DNA of 64,000 nt from Camelus ferus (lineage: Eukaryota), in contig NC_045696.1 in assembly GCF_009834535.1 (NCBI RefSeq), positions 45,014,001-45,078,000 on the forward strand, given 5' to 3'. Below the pieces are notes generated by a model. That model saw nothing but the letters and a program-made list of their open reading frames with translations. It was not told where the DNA came from and did no database searches. The first letter of the stretch is position 1. Each line of letters begins with the position of its first letter. Position numbers and translations under genes: made by a program. This document shows positions 13,170 to 27,207 of the stretch, piece after piece.

Positions 13170-15398
13170 CTAGATTATAAAGAGAAATTTTATTAACATA
13201 AAGTTTTACCTGCATTTAGGGTCATTTAATTGGATTCTTCTACATCCAAACCACACATTTGGATGTTTCCCTTTTAATGTAACATATCAAGAATCTATTC
13301 TATCACTGTTTCCACAATACAGCAAGTTATTTTTAGGACATTTAAAATCTAGGAATCATTTTAATAAGACAGATACATAATGAATATGGACTCAGCCTTT
13401 AAGAAATCATTTTCAATGAAACACTTTTACTGTATGTCCTTTAGGTAAGTTAAAAATTTATTTTCTTGTCCACTCATGTTCTATTCCAAAAACTCTATAC
13501 ACTTATTTGCAATTATTATGCCTTTCAGATGAAGCACAGTTAATTTTAAACATATCATTTTACACCATGCTGAGTACCACAAGGAGAGAAAAATGGAATT
13601 GAAGCCCACAGTTTTACCAGAAAAGTTATTCAGCACTTGGGTGGTGTTCCTCTTTCTCCAGTTTCCCATTGTCTTTCTTTCTGTCTCACCTTCCACTTAC
13701 CCCGAGCCATACACATGTGCACACACACACAGGTTTAAAGAATTAGAAAACGGCACAATTCTGTTTCATTTACTCCAAATCAAGCTACATGCATGGAGTG
13801 GTTCATAAACATAAGGTTCCATTGTTAGAGAGAATTAAAATAAAAACTAAAAGTTACAAGGCTGTCTTGCTGTGCTAAACCAATTTTTAATCATTCAGAA
13901 ATTCATTAAAAAACGAAGTTTATTGTGTTGGTAAATACTTTAGATTAAGAAAATGCTATTATTGCTGGATTTCATCAATTCATTAATTTATGGTTAATTT
14001 TGTTTAATATCTTTCTATTCTAGATGGCTTGAATGAAAAATTAAGAGCATAATACTACAGTGGTAAATATTTTAAAGGGCAAAATTGTACTAATACTATT
14101 CTGTGAAGTAATAAAAAGATTTATCCTTAAATATTCTACAAATATGTTAGTAAGTGTTTAAAATTACTAAGGAAAAACTGGAAAAAAATTAACTTAGAGG
14201 ATATACAATTCTCAAATGGTAAGAATCAAATCAGTGAGTTTTTTTTCTTAAGACTTTGTAAAAGGAGTTGATTACATCTGAATATGACACAAATTTACAG
14301 TGTCATTATGGGGGTGGGATAAAATTCTACAAATATTAAATGAGTGATAAGCAAAAGTTGGTAACTTTATTTTGATACCTTAAAATGGCCAGTTTTTACA
14401 ACTATTACATATTTTGTTCATCAAATTTCAAAAGTATAGAAATTCTAGGAAGAATTCAGAAACGAAAGGTTACAAACTGACAATAAGGTTGCTAGAGTAA
14501 AGGTTACAAGGTTCTATTTAATGTGTAAGGGGAAATTCAGTGATCACTGTCCTCAGTAATCCCGGGGGCTACTGATGAGCCCTTTTCAACAGAAGTGAAG
14601 AAATAAGGAATCTTGGCTGGTTATCAAAGTGCACTTCTTTATCACCTAATCAGGTGACAAAGAACAAGCCAGTAGTTACTGTGGGGAGAGGAAAGGGGGA
14701 GGGGCAGTATCAGATTAACTATAAGGAAAGGACAGCTGACACTGATAGTTGGACCAGACGATATCCTGTGTTTTTACAGATCTTAAGGAAAAAAAATGAA
14801 AAAAATTAAAAAGATAATATTCTAATCTAAAAGATAATATTTTACTCTAATCTAAAAAATCCAATCTGATCTGATTATTTTAATGTAACCTATCATCAAA
14901 GTTTAAATTCCACTAGCTAAACCCCTCGAAGGTGTGTGTGCATGTGCGTGCGTGTGTATATGTAAATAATAATGGCTAGTTTTCATAGCAGTTCAGAGGC
15001 TAGACTACTGATTAAAATACGATAATGTTACTTTTTTGACTTCTGTAAAATGGATGGAAGGTATTAGAATAATATAAATAAGGTTCATCAAAATTACTCC
15101 ATTTACAGATTTGCCCACTTGCGTCCTCTTTTTATAAATTAAAACTTTGAAGTACATTTTCTTCGAAACAAAAATCCTGTCACAGTGAACAGAAAGCTAC
15201 CCATAGGAATTTCTGATGCACTAGAGGTGAGGTATAAATAAGAGAATAGCAAATTCATGATAATTAAAAGAGAAATATACATTTGGTACCAGTTTGCCAT
15301 ATAATTCTTATGTAACTATTTCTTGAGAGCTCGTAACTTTTATCTCTTCACATAGGTCCCAATTATGTTTTCTTTTTTCCATTTTTGCAATTACTTTA

Positions 15399-15535
15399 TT
15401 TTTTTTTTTATTTTGTGGGGTGAGGTAATCAGGTTTGCTTATTTGTTTGCTCATTTATTTATTTATTCACTTATTTTCAATGAAGGTACTGATGATTGAA
15501 CTCAGGACTCTACCACTGAGCTATACCCTTCCCCC
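15399..15535 (-). mobile_element. tRNA-Ala-derived SINE (camelid Vic-1-like) with internal deletion
   Basis: Reverse complement begins GGGGGAAGGGTATAGCTCAGTGGTAGAG with a B-box-like GAGTTCAATC and an A-rich tail. TSD tgcaattacttta (15386-15398) / tgcaattgcttta (15536-15548). Confidence 0.88.
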
Positions 15536-16231
15536 TGCAATTGCTTTAGAAGCAGTAAAACTTAAATTCTTTACCCATGGCAAACTCTGGTGGACTTTCT
15601 CCTGCTAGGTTTCCATCACAATCCAGGCTGCAGCAAGTTTGAGCATATGTGTCTTAAGTTTCTCAGCAAAGCAAATGGCAAGAAAAGCCAGCATGAGGAA
15701 GTGACATTGGAACTACAACAAAAGACTAAAGGGAATGGCATTTGGCTAAAAATGAACGAGAGGAGTATTTACTATGAAGGGGACCAGCAGACTGCCTAAA
15801 CTTTATGTGCAGAGAAAAAAAGGCATTCTTAACCTTAAAAAACTAAAGAGAACGTATTTCTGAAGTTTGAAAAAGAACAGTTTAAGATAAACTGAACAAA
15901 GCTACTAACATATAATTCTGAAATATGGATTTATTATTAATGTCGACAAAAGGAGGAAGACATGAAGAGAAAAGGAAGGGAAGGGATGAGGGAAGAAGGA
16001 GGAGAAAAAAAAAGAAAACCTGGCATGACTGGTCAAAACACAAAGTAAAACTAGCAATTTAAAGGTTACAGGAGGCAAGAGAAGTCAAGCATTTTAAAGA
16101 ATTCTCTCTTAATACACTTTTACATTTAATTTTAAACTACCTTTAAGTCTTAAGTTCTTCCTCTGTAAAATATACAAACTCATATGGTGATATGATGTTG
16201 GAATTTATTTGCTATAATATAGTTAAATTCA

Positions 16232-16574
16232 ATGGTATCACTTTTATGTGGAATCTAAAAAAATACAACAAACTAGTGACTACAAGAAAGAAAACAGACT
16301 CAGAGATGTAGAGAACAAACTAGTGGTTACTATGGGGAGAGGAAAGGGGGAGGGGCAACATGGGGGGAGGGGATTAATAGGGACAAACTATCAGGTATCA
16401 AATAAGCTACACGGATTCACTGTGCACCATGGGAAATACAGCCCATATTGTATACATGGAGTGATACATGGAGCGTAACCTCTAAAAATTGTGAATCACT
16501 ATCTTGTATACTTGTAACCTACAGTGTTGTACATCAAGCATACTTTAATTAAAAAGACAAACAAACAAAAAAAA
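16232..16574 (+). mobile_element. LINE-1 3'UTR fragment with A-rich tail
   Basis: atgtggaatctaaaa...cagactcagagatgtagagaacaaactagtggttac, then a G-rich tract and a terminal tactttaattaaaaa plus (AAAC)n tail. Confidence 0.85.
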
Positions 16575-17236
16575 CCCAAATCACAAAGAGGAAGAGAGGA
16601 AGTGAAAGAGGAAGGCGGGCAGGACGGAAGGAAGACACCAGATTCAGGGAAATACCCACACAGCGCTTCCTATGGAAATGAAGTCTTGGGCCCATTTAAT
16701 AACCAACTCTGTTTTTCAAAAAGAGAAGAGCTGCTGGATGGATTTTGGTGGTTTGTTTTTGTGAGCTGTCTGCTGCAACCACCAAGGGAGAATCCTCTGC
16801 AAGTTCACCAACAGCCCAAAGACAGAGCCTGTCAGAATCTGCTCATGATTCCAAGAGCAGAATTAAAAGGCCCTACACTGACTAGGAGTGCAGTTTGGGA
16901 GCACAGGAGCAAAACCAGTGGGGAACCATCATTCTGCCGGGTCCGCCCTCCAAGTATTTTCTAATATTTGGAAGGAAATATTTAGACTTGAGGATTGTGA
17001 AGACCATGCTTAAAAAAAAAAAAAAACAAAAAAAAACCCTCAAATAATTAGGTTATTTAAAATGACTATTTTCAGAGATGAACAATAAAAACTAAGGAAC
17101 ATCCATCCATTTCTTAGTCTTGAAATAAAGAACAGCCAGACCATCAGCCTCACTATCAAGTCTCTCCATCACAAAGCCGTCTCTATCGTCCACATCTTTG
17201 AGTAAAAAGCACCCTGATACCCATTTCTCATACTCA

Positions 17237-17425
<189 letters not shown>

Positions 17426-20364
17426 CTACTAAATGTGCGTTAGATTGTTCTTAAGTGAAAGAATAAAAAACATTTTTACACCATTCTCCTCTCCATTTAT
17501 TAATCTGTAAAAGAAGCAATGACAGTAATTCTATTTAAATATCTCCAGAGTTATATGAAGAATTGGAAGTTGTAAATCATCAAATGATTGACTGCCATCA
17601 CCATCAGGGGGTGCTCTATATAAAGTGCTGGTGGTGTGAAACAGCTGTGACATAAATCATTTTGGGAAAGTAAAAATAAAATAAGTAAAAATTAACTTGT
17701 CCATCTCTGACAGAAACTGAGCCAGTTTCTACTACAGAATTCAATATATTACTGTGAAATTTGAAAATTATACATTTTCAGTTGTTAGTCATTTGTTTAA
17801 AAATAACCTTTTCTTTTAAGCATTCCAGCCATTCGTCTTTAAATGAAAGATCAAAGAGCTGAACTATAATAAGAAAGCAAGTTAGGTAAGTTCATGCTGT
17901 GGCTTCCCACTAACCCTGTCAAGTTCAAAGTCTTGTGATAGGGAGCCAAAATAGTTCTAAAATATAAATAAAAATGAATGACAACGATAGGAAAACACTG
18001 CCTTGGTTTTAACTTGTTATTATTTATTAATTTAGCTAATTATCTATCTACTTGTTACATTTTAGGCCATTCCCCTTTTAGTGTATTGCACTCGATCTTG
18101 CCACCATAATCTCAGTATCTGGATGGTAAAACCCCTTAAGCAAATCAAAAGTGGGCCAACTTAAGGTGTCAGCTATATTTGAAACCCTAACTGCTATATG
18201 TATGTGGCAGAAATAAGTATTTCTTAATATACATTAGTTTTGATTAAAAAATATTATTAAAAATCTTACAGGATAATTTAGCATGTATAACAGCTATACA
18301 GTCATTAGATTTAATTGACTGTATATTTAGTACGGCCGTGTGGTTTCACCTTTGAAGAAAACCAGGTTTCTAAAGAAAGGAAGTTGTGATGTTTAAATTT
18401 TAAGAACTTCATACTGGTTTTAGAACTTCTGGAAAGGACTTTTTAAGAAGGTCTAAAAACATTCTCCTAGAGAGCTTGAAAATAAATATCAACCCATCAC
18501 TTATTAGCATTTTTAATCACCATCAGACAAGGTAATTCCACACAGACTTCTGGCTATCAGCTGGATCCCAAATAAAGTACAACCTGGGGAATCCAAATGT
18601 CATTGGAACAGGCCCAGCTATTCTTTACCAGGAAGCCAAAGAAATGAAACACTTTCCAAGAGAAAGGACCACTTAAATACATCTATTCTGCAAAGGAAAT
18701 ATTTATCAAAATTATTTAAACTGTTCAGGGTTTTTCTAAACACATTTTAATTGCCCCATCATCCCACCTTACTTAGAACAGTTTACCACAGACTAATTAT
18801 TTCATCTCTAACAACCTAAAACTTGGGGGGGGGGGGAAAAAAACACTGTCACAGAGCAGGATGAGAAGGAAAGGAAGACATCCTTTCAGAGGGCACTATC
18901 TTAAGAAAACTGTTCTAACAGTGATGAGACGTGGCTTTCGCTTCCAAAATTGTCATTAATTATCTCCATGATCTTGCACAAGAGAACACAAAAAGGACTC
19001 AGTTTCTTTATTATTTTTCAGAATTGGACAAGATGCCGTCCCGAATAACTTCTGTGTTAAATCTGTATGACTTCCATGATTCCAATCATAATACATCTCT
19101 CAAATCAGACTCTAGGACAAGACACTTTGATGTCAATCGAGAGAGAAAAAATTATGAAAAAATCTGGTTATGAGAGATTCCTGAATGAAACAAAATGACT
19201 CATCTTAAGCCACTGTCAATGTGCAAAATACCTGACCTGCTCTCATGGTTACAGTGAGAACCAGCTCTCAGCCTAAACCGAAGACTCCACAGGAGCCACA
19301 CTGTTTTCTGTGCCCAACACCTTTTTTTAAACATACCATACAAATTCTTAAAAATAAAAATGGTGGAAATTATCATGGCAGAGAAGAAAGGAATCAATAA
19401 CTGACTGTACTTGAAAAGATTTTGTTAAAGGACAAATGGCATTTGCACTACAAATCAAATCAAAGCGATTTTAAAAGGTAAAAGGTAGACTTAAAGAAAA
19501 ACAACCAAATTCATTCCAAAAATGAAATGACCCCTCGATGAGTTTCAGTGCACTCATGGACACTGGGATGGTGTCTCCTACTAAAACGTGAGCGAGTGTG
19601 TCTGTGCGTGTGTGTGCAGGTCAGCACTGCCATTACCGCCTGCCACGGCACAAATGCTTGCATCAGCAGAGAGAGAGATTTTCTGAGCCCAGATTTGCCA
19701 TTAATAAGCTATGATTTCTCAGCCAAAGCCAGAGGGGCTGATCAAAGAGCCAAGCTCTGTGAGTTTCACTTAATTTCAACATTAAGCATGAGGCCTCATG
19801 GAAGAAGTTCTCAAGGACATGAAACTGATTTGGATTGTTAACAATGGGCTTATGTGTGTACGTACTTATATGTGTTTATCATGTATGCATAAGCACACTT
19901 ATATATCCTTAAATGCATTAATATGGATTTATATGTAATTATGTGTTTATCATAGAACCAAATTGGATGTCTTAAAAAATACCCTAAAATAATGAACATG
20001 AAACTGATTTATTATGTAATTAGCACAATATTCAAGTATTCAACTATACACATACAATTTTATACAAAAACAGGTGTCCTGAGAACAGCTAATATGCTAA
20101 TATCCTACTACAATTTGAAACTCTGAGACTTACTCTAAATTCATCAACTTATATACTATCCTATCCTCTTTCACTTTAAGAACACTAAGTTTCAGAACAA
20201 GCATAATGTGTCAATTTAAAGAATTCAATTAAAAGGCACTGTTTTGGTCTATTATTATTTCCCTCCCCTCTCCCAATGGGTATTACTGATTTACTCAGGA
20301 ATGAACCACAGAGGACTTTTCATATTTACAAACATCACATAATGTTACTGCCAAAAAGTCTTAC

Positions 20365-20486
20365 CTTCCGGGTTTGGTGCTGTATTTCTGGAGCCGAGCT
20401 TTAACTTCATCATATGTAAGAAATGCCATGTACCCCGGATGTGTCACAGCTAGGAAATTCCAATTCCGCAAAATAGAGCCCCAAGG
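20365..20486 (-). CDS. CBLB: CBLB coding exon (~exon 6), TKB SH2-like subdomain
   Basis: ttttag|CCT TGG GGC...CCC GGA AG|gtaaga; 122 bp. Translates to [40 protein letters not shown](S). Missed by the ORF track. Confidence 0.98.
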
Positions 20487-20759
20487 CTAAAAATATAAAT
20501 ATATTAGAAGATTATCTAGAGAATATACACTATCAATTATATGCCAACCCATCATTTAACACATGTACTGAAATCCTCCTGGACATTTTTAAAGTCAGTC
20601 TGCGCTTACTTGGCTTAGGTCAACTTCTATTACCTAACAGCAAACATGCAATTACTTATTTTCTTGTTGGGAGAAATATGATTAAGCAGAAGAGAGATTT
20701 CTTAGGAATAAAACACAGAGAGCAAAAAGGAAAACCACATAATCTCTTCTCTACAAATT

Positions 20760-21362
20760 CTATTCCCAATACGGCAGTTGTGATCTGTTTTGAAACATAA
20801 ACCACGTCATTCTTCTATTCAAACTCTCTCCCTTCAAGTAAAAGCCCAAGTCCGTATAAATGGCCTAGGAGGACCTGACAGGGCTGATGCCCAGGCCCTG
20901 TTCTGTCCCCATCTGCTGTGACCCTCCCACTTTCTGCCTCCTCCAGACACATGGGCCTCCACGTTGCTGGCCTGAACAGGACTGCACTCTCTCACCTCAG
21001 AGCTGGTGCATTTGCTGACTCCCCTCTACCTGAATTCTTTCCCCACGAATCCTTGTGATTCCTCTCTCCAAATGTCACCGCCTCCATGAGGCCTTCTCAG
21101 ATCCCCCTAACTGAAGAGGGTCACCTCTCACCTCGTTCCTCATCTCCGTGTGTGTGTTCTGTTCGCTGCTCTACACTGGGACACCTTGTTCTATACAACA
21201 AAAAGCTCTATCACATGAGGGAAGAGATTTGGCGAGGTCTACACATTAACCAGAAGCTACATGAGAACAGGGAACACCTCTCTCTCGCTTACCAAGAGGA
21301 TCCCAGCACTACTGCACAGTGTCAGAGCACAGGGGTCGGGCTGGGACAACTCCTGGTGAACA
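20760..21362 (+). mobile_element. L2 (L2a-like) 3' fragment
   Basis: L2-type motifs: aaagcccaagtcc, ctccagacacatgggcctcc, aaatgtcaccgcctccatgaggccttc, aagctacatgagaacaggga, cccagcact. Confidence 0.7.
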
Positions 21363-24300
21363 GCTTCCCCTAATGAGGGACGTGGCTGAAAGGCCAGGTC
21401 TCCCCTGATAAGGCACTGCTGTACTCACATGTGGTCTGCCCTTGTACAATTATAAAAGTGGAAAAAGTTTACAGTTTAGAAGTGCTGTAAAAATCTTCCA
21501 CAGAAACACAGAAACACATACACACACGGTTTGTATCACTCTCTCTTTAATGGGATTAGCCGTCCCTCCAGTTACCATGGCAAGAGAAGAAAGGCAGCCG
21601 GTGATAGACAACTTTGCTCAAGGGTGTGAATGAATCATCTCTGCCATATCTTTAAGGCTGAAGCTACATTTATTCCAAGGAATTGGCGGTCTGCTGTAGC
21701 TAATGTGCCAGATTATTAACTCAAATCTTCTACATAAGAGAGAAGAAAAAGGTATTTTATGTTGCCAAGTGAAAGCTGTTGAAAGAGTCATCCTAGACAT
21801 GATTACTGGTGAAGGGCTCCTGCTCTCTGTTTGTTTTCAGACCTGTTCCTCATTACTGTTAAGCAAGTTTCAAATTTACAAGGCAGGACTCTTTGAGGAT
21901 TATATCCCCGGAGATGAGGATAACAAGGGAAAGAATGATTTAGTGATGAAGAGTTTAACCTTTTCCGACGTAACAAGAAAAATCTTCAGGGTATTTCCTC
22001 ATCACACTAAAATAACTAACTGGGCAAAAACGAGCTCTGGAGAACACTGTAACGAGAGGTTCTATCTATGTACTTGGAAAAAAAACATGTTTTTACTTTT
22101 CTTCTTAAGGCATAATTAAAAAATTGCATAAACAATACTTGGAGGAGTATAGCAAGTGCTTAAAAAAAACTGAGAAATAACTATTACAGGCATTGAGTTT
22201 TGTTTTGTTCTGCTTCCTCATCTACAAAGGACAGGGATGAAAAGAATACAAAATATCTGGGTCACTTCCATCAAAATCCACAGAAATTAATGCAAGTTTT
22301 TTTTATTTAATGCTGAACTTTACAGAGAGTCAATGCACAGATCAAACACAAGTGAACAGAAAATGAAATTGAAGTTTTGAGTCAGCTGCTGCAGTATTTA
22401 GCGACCATTTCTTAGTATATAATCCAGAGGGCCGGTTTCTAACTGCAGAAATATTTATGTAGTGAAGTCTCTGCACTGTTTTTCTTGAGAATGCAACCCA
22501 CGGTCAGAAACACGTGGTAGTTTTGTATTTTGTGTGTGAGTGTGTTTAAAGTATTTTGCCAACTAATGGCTCAAGGAAGGCAAAACAAAGTCCTTTGAAG
22601 AAAGATTCTTTTTGCAATTTGTTTCTAGATTGAAGGATACCTTTTCTCACACACCAACACAAAATTATCTGGAGATTCTCAAATGACTACAGAAATTAAT
22701 GAAGTGGATTAAGACTAGTCCCTCTGTTCTCCCAAAATGCTCCTGTGTATAGGAATAGCCATTTATTGACGTACAATCTACATTGGGACCAGGGCCTCAG
22801 CTGGTCAGCCCAGATACTCCATTACTTCTTGCTACAAGAGGTGACTTTCCTTCTCTTCTTTTTCTCCCTATTCCATGGGGATGCTATATATTTCACAGTC
22901 ACTAGTATACTGCCCCAAGTCACTCACTCCTTATCCTGCCACCCACCCCATTTACTGTCCTATTTCTCAACAACCCAGTCTTTTCTAGTCATGGGGAGAT
23001 GGAAGGAAAAGGGAGCAACAGCCCCAGGGAGAGGGAAGAGGAAAACAAAATCCCTGTATTTCCACGCCAGGACTTCAGCACTTGCCAATCCCAGCATCGC
23101 GGAAGTAGCCGGAGAGGAGAAAGATAAGGTTAAAGGCAGAAGAAAGAAAGGGGATGGGAAGGTAGCCACTGCAAGATCTTTCCAGTGAGTCCAAGCACTT
23201 GTTCAAGTTCTGGCACAGTATCAGGATGAGGAGAGAGAGAAAAAAGGGAAACTAGCACCCCCAGCTTTCTTACTTCTTTCGTTTCCTAGGCAATTCTCAA
23301 CTTCACCCTCCTAAGCCCCGCTAACGCGGTCTTCAAACCCTTCTGCTCTTCTCCGTGTCCAACCCCAACCCGGAGGGTGCTCCCCGCCCACTTTCAGATC
23401 CCGCTCTGCTGAATGCCCCACTCGTAACGGCTTAAAGCTGCACGGATTCACTACCCATGAGCCACCCGGATCACCACGGCTGCAGCAGAATCTATGTTCA
23501 CGCAGTTACAGTATCCACAAAACATACTGCTCATATAAATTACATGATTATAACTTCAGAAAATACTACTCCATTTTTAAAGTTACATAAAAATTAAAGA
23601 TCAGTACAAGTTAATACATCTACTTTCTGTACACAGAACCAATGCTATCATATTTTAAAGCACACATTTGATTACAGTCTAGGCATCTGAATAACGAAAT
23701 CAGGAGAGGTGGAACAATCTCAGGAACACACAGCAGCTCAGGGGCTGTGTTTTAAAAGACGAGGAACTCTTTGCTCCACTGGTAAGATTTTGGTTCCATT
23801 ATCTGACACTTTTCACAGCAGCACTACTTACAATATTCTTTTCCTCTCAACGTTCCCATCATCGTAAATAAGATGCATGTGCGTTAGAGGGGTTAAGATT
23901 ACTTGGGCTGTTTTTAAAGCGAAACAGCTTATAAGAAAATATGTGCACGTATTAAGTAGCTGTTTGGATAAGCGTTTGCCCTCCTACCTTGACTACATAA
24001 TTTCAGGCACTCTAGCAGTTAACATTCACACTAAAAAGTCATCCAGGCTCCCCACAAAAAATACACTCTTTGTAGAATTAACAGTTAGGCTTCATGTATG
24101 AAAACCATCTTTGTTTTCTTCCTTCACAAGGGGAAGAAGCAAAGCACCTCCCATTAGAAGGCCTTTGTATCATGTTAAATAAATGAAGTATGTGAACAAT
24201 TATCAGAAACTTTTAAAGAAAGAAGAGGTTCCATTATAAAATAATCAGTTTTAATTATTATTAATTTAATTTTTAATTATTAAATAATCACAAGCTTTTT

Positions 24301-25652
24301 CTAAAATGTATCTCAAAGTCACTGTAAAAACTTAAGCTGACAATGTACATGTGCTGAGGGAATAATCATGAAACTACTATACACTGAAAATAACCAAAAG
24401 TACACTTTCTGTAGTCATTTATCTAACACCTTACCCTACATGTCTAGGTAGAATTATGATTATAAAGTCGTAATAAAGCAAAGCATAGTCTGTAAGTATT
24501 TTTGACAAGAGTTAATTTGACTTCTGTTAACAGGTTCTTTCATAAATTTAAGTTAATCCCATGCAATCTTGTTTTCTTATATAAATCAGTCACCCAGTCC
24601 TTGCAGGCTACTACCAAGTGGAGTCGTAAATCAGAGAAGCAAAATTCTTCCAACATGGGAGACATGAAAAGCAACAGTATACTCTAACATTTGTTGAAAG
24701 CATGGTTCAAACAAAACAAATCTTACTGCAGACAAAAATAATAAAACATTGTGCCAGAATATAAGCAGCCAGGTTTCTGATCAATTGATATCACTTGCTA
24801 TATAATTGATATTTTTGGAATCATACAGATTTTAGGTGGGACTCTCATTTTGTGATGACTTGAATTAAATCCCATAGACAATAATGCAATTTAGCGGCAC
24901 AGGCAAATTCAAAACAAATTTCTAGTCCTTAGGTTTAGGGTAATTCCACCAAGATGTACAAAAGCACAAAGCTCTTCTCAACAGCTACACGAAGACAATT
25001 ACAAAAGAATGGTTAAAACAAACAAACAAACAAACAAACAATGAACAGGACAAGAAGGTTAATCACAAAGTTATTTATACTAGATGAAAAAAAAAAAAAA
25101 ACAACAAAAACCCAGGAAAAAAAAATCTAAATTTCCCAAGTGAGAGATTTGTTCATGACAAGCTATTTTGATGGAATATTCTGCAGCAACTGAGAACTGA
25201 AAATTGTATTGATGAAAATATTTACTAACATGGAAAAATATCTTAACATATGTTCAGTTGGGTTGAGCAAAGCCCACTGTAAAAACAGCACACATTACAG
25301 TAATCTCCTACAAGAATGGGATACATTTGATATTTATTTCCAAGTTAACTATTCCCCTTCTTGCCTAACAAGTATGGGAGGCGAAGGGGAGACATGGGGA
25401 TATGACCCCAGCAAATGCCCGCCTGTAGAAGTTGCATTTGACCAGTTACTGGGCTAAAAAGATCAACAAAGTAAAGAGAAACTCACGGGACCTTAAAACA
25501 AAGCTTCTTTACATCAATCTTCTCAAAGCTAACAAGCAACCTCCAGGCTAGAACACCTGATATTCTAAACAAACTCTCAGCTTACAGTAGTGACCAAAAA
25601 CTTACTTTAAAATTGCAGACTACCAAAAATGAGACTATTTGCCATACATTTA

Positions 25653-25937
<285 letters not shown>

Positions 25938-27021
25938 TCATTTAAGATACACCTTCCACTGACAGCACAATTCAACCATAACATAATATTAACCATAATA
26001 ATTCAACTGGTACTAAAAGACAAATAGTTGAGAATATTGTTCACAATTCAGAACACATGGAATGGTTTTTGCTAACTGGATTATTGTCCATTTGCTAAGA
26101 GTGTGACAAAAATGTAAATCAGTTTTTCTCTCAGACAGTCTTTGGCTATCAAGATACTTCTAAAAATACTTCAGAAAGAAGGTATTAGGGCAAAGTCCTG
26201 CATGTCTGACCCCTTCAGTTGTGTAAACAAGATTATTTAACTTTGAGTCAAGTTAAATTCTTCCCCTTTATTTATTTTCTTAAAATAATTACAAAATGAT
26301 GAGTTCATGTAACAGTAAGAATTCTCTGTTCATTGCATAAAAGAGTAGTATGTATCCACCATTTCAAGACTGTTTAGGTAGAACATCATCAAGACATTTC
26401 TTCCACCACCCTGATGGGTTCTACAGAGATGAAAAGCCACGTTATCTGATCTGCCATATTAACGTAGAGGGAAATTTTAATACTTTTTAACCAACCCCAC
26501 CGGCTAGTATGTGGAAATTTACTCACTCAGCACTTACTCAATTTAATCTTATTAAATATACCGTGTATCAACATTTTTATTAGGTAATGTACTTACATGG
26601 TTCAGAAATACAGAAGAACACAGAGTGGTACCCCAGGGGAAGTCTCCCAACCCATCCCCCACCTGACCAGTTTCTAAACTTCACCCACCTCCCCCCGACC
26701 ATGAAAATGAATAACATTCATTCATTATTCATTCCTTACTTTTCCTCCTTTTGGAATGTTAAATGCCTATTCCTGGACAGGCAGAAGAAATCGTTCATAT
26801 TTTTTAAAATTCTAAGCTGCACTTTTCAAAACAGCCTAAGAGCTAGATTCACCCTCTTATAAGACTGCAAATATTTAAATCTAGGTTTTTCTTTACCAGG
26901 ATCTCTTGAGAAGTAAGACTCAAGCAGAAGGGACTAAACTGGCCCCATCCTAAATCAATCCTCCCAGTGAAGCATCACCATAAAGGTAAAACTTTCATAT
27001 TCCTTCAATAATTATCTATTG

Positions 27022-27207
27022 CAGTGGCTGTGAAACCTGAGCATGCCTCAGAATCACTGAAGGGCTTATCAGCACAGAAACTACAGATTCTCAACCCAAG
27101 GTACTCCACTCAGTACGACAGGGGTGGGGCCTTGGAACCGTCAGTCCTAACAAGCTCCCAAGTGCTGCTTCTGCTAACGGGCTGGGGACCACACCTGAGA
27201 GCCCCTC
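27022..27207. mobile_element. MER5A-like hAT-Charlie non-autonomous DNA transposon
   Basis: cagtggctgtgaaacctgagcatgcctcagaatcac...ggggtggggcc...taacaagctccca...ggggaccacacctgagagccc follows the MER5A consensus as I recall it. Confidence 0.8.

Noticed and set aside
16524..16964. Long ORFs (146 aa here; also 21703, 22745, 27024, 31673, 55356)
   Set aside because: None resembles a recognisable protein. Several overlap repeats (L1 tail, MER5A, L1M) and many use non-ATG starts. Such ORFs are expected by chance in 64 kb.
18825..18836. G12 homopolymer as a G-quadruplex element
   Set aside because: An isolated mononucleotide run with no supporting context; the length is also prone to sequencing error.
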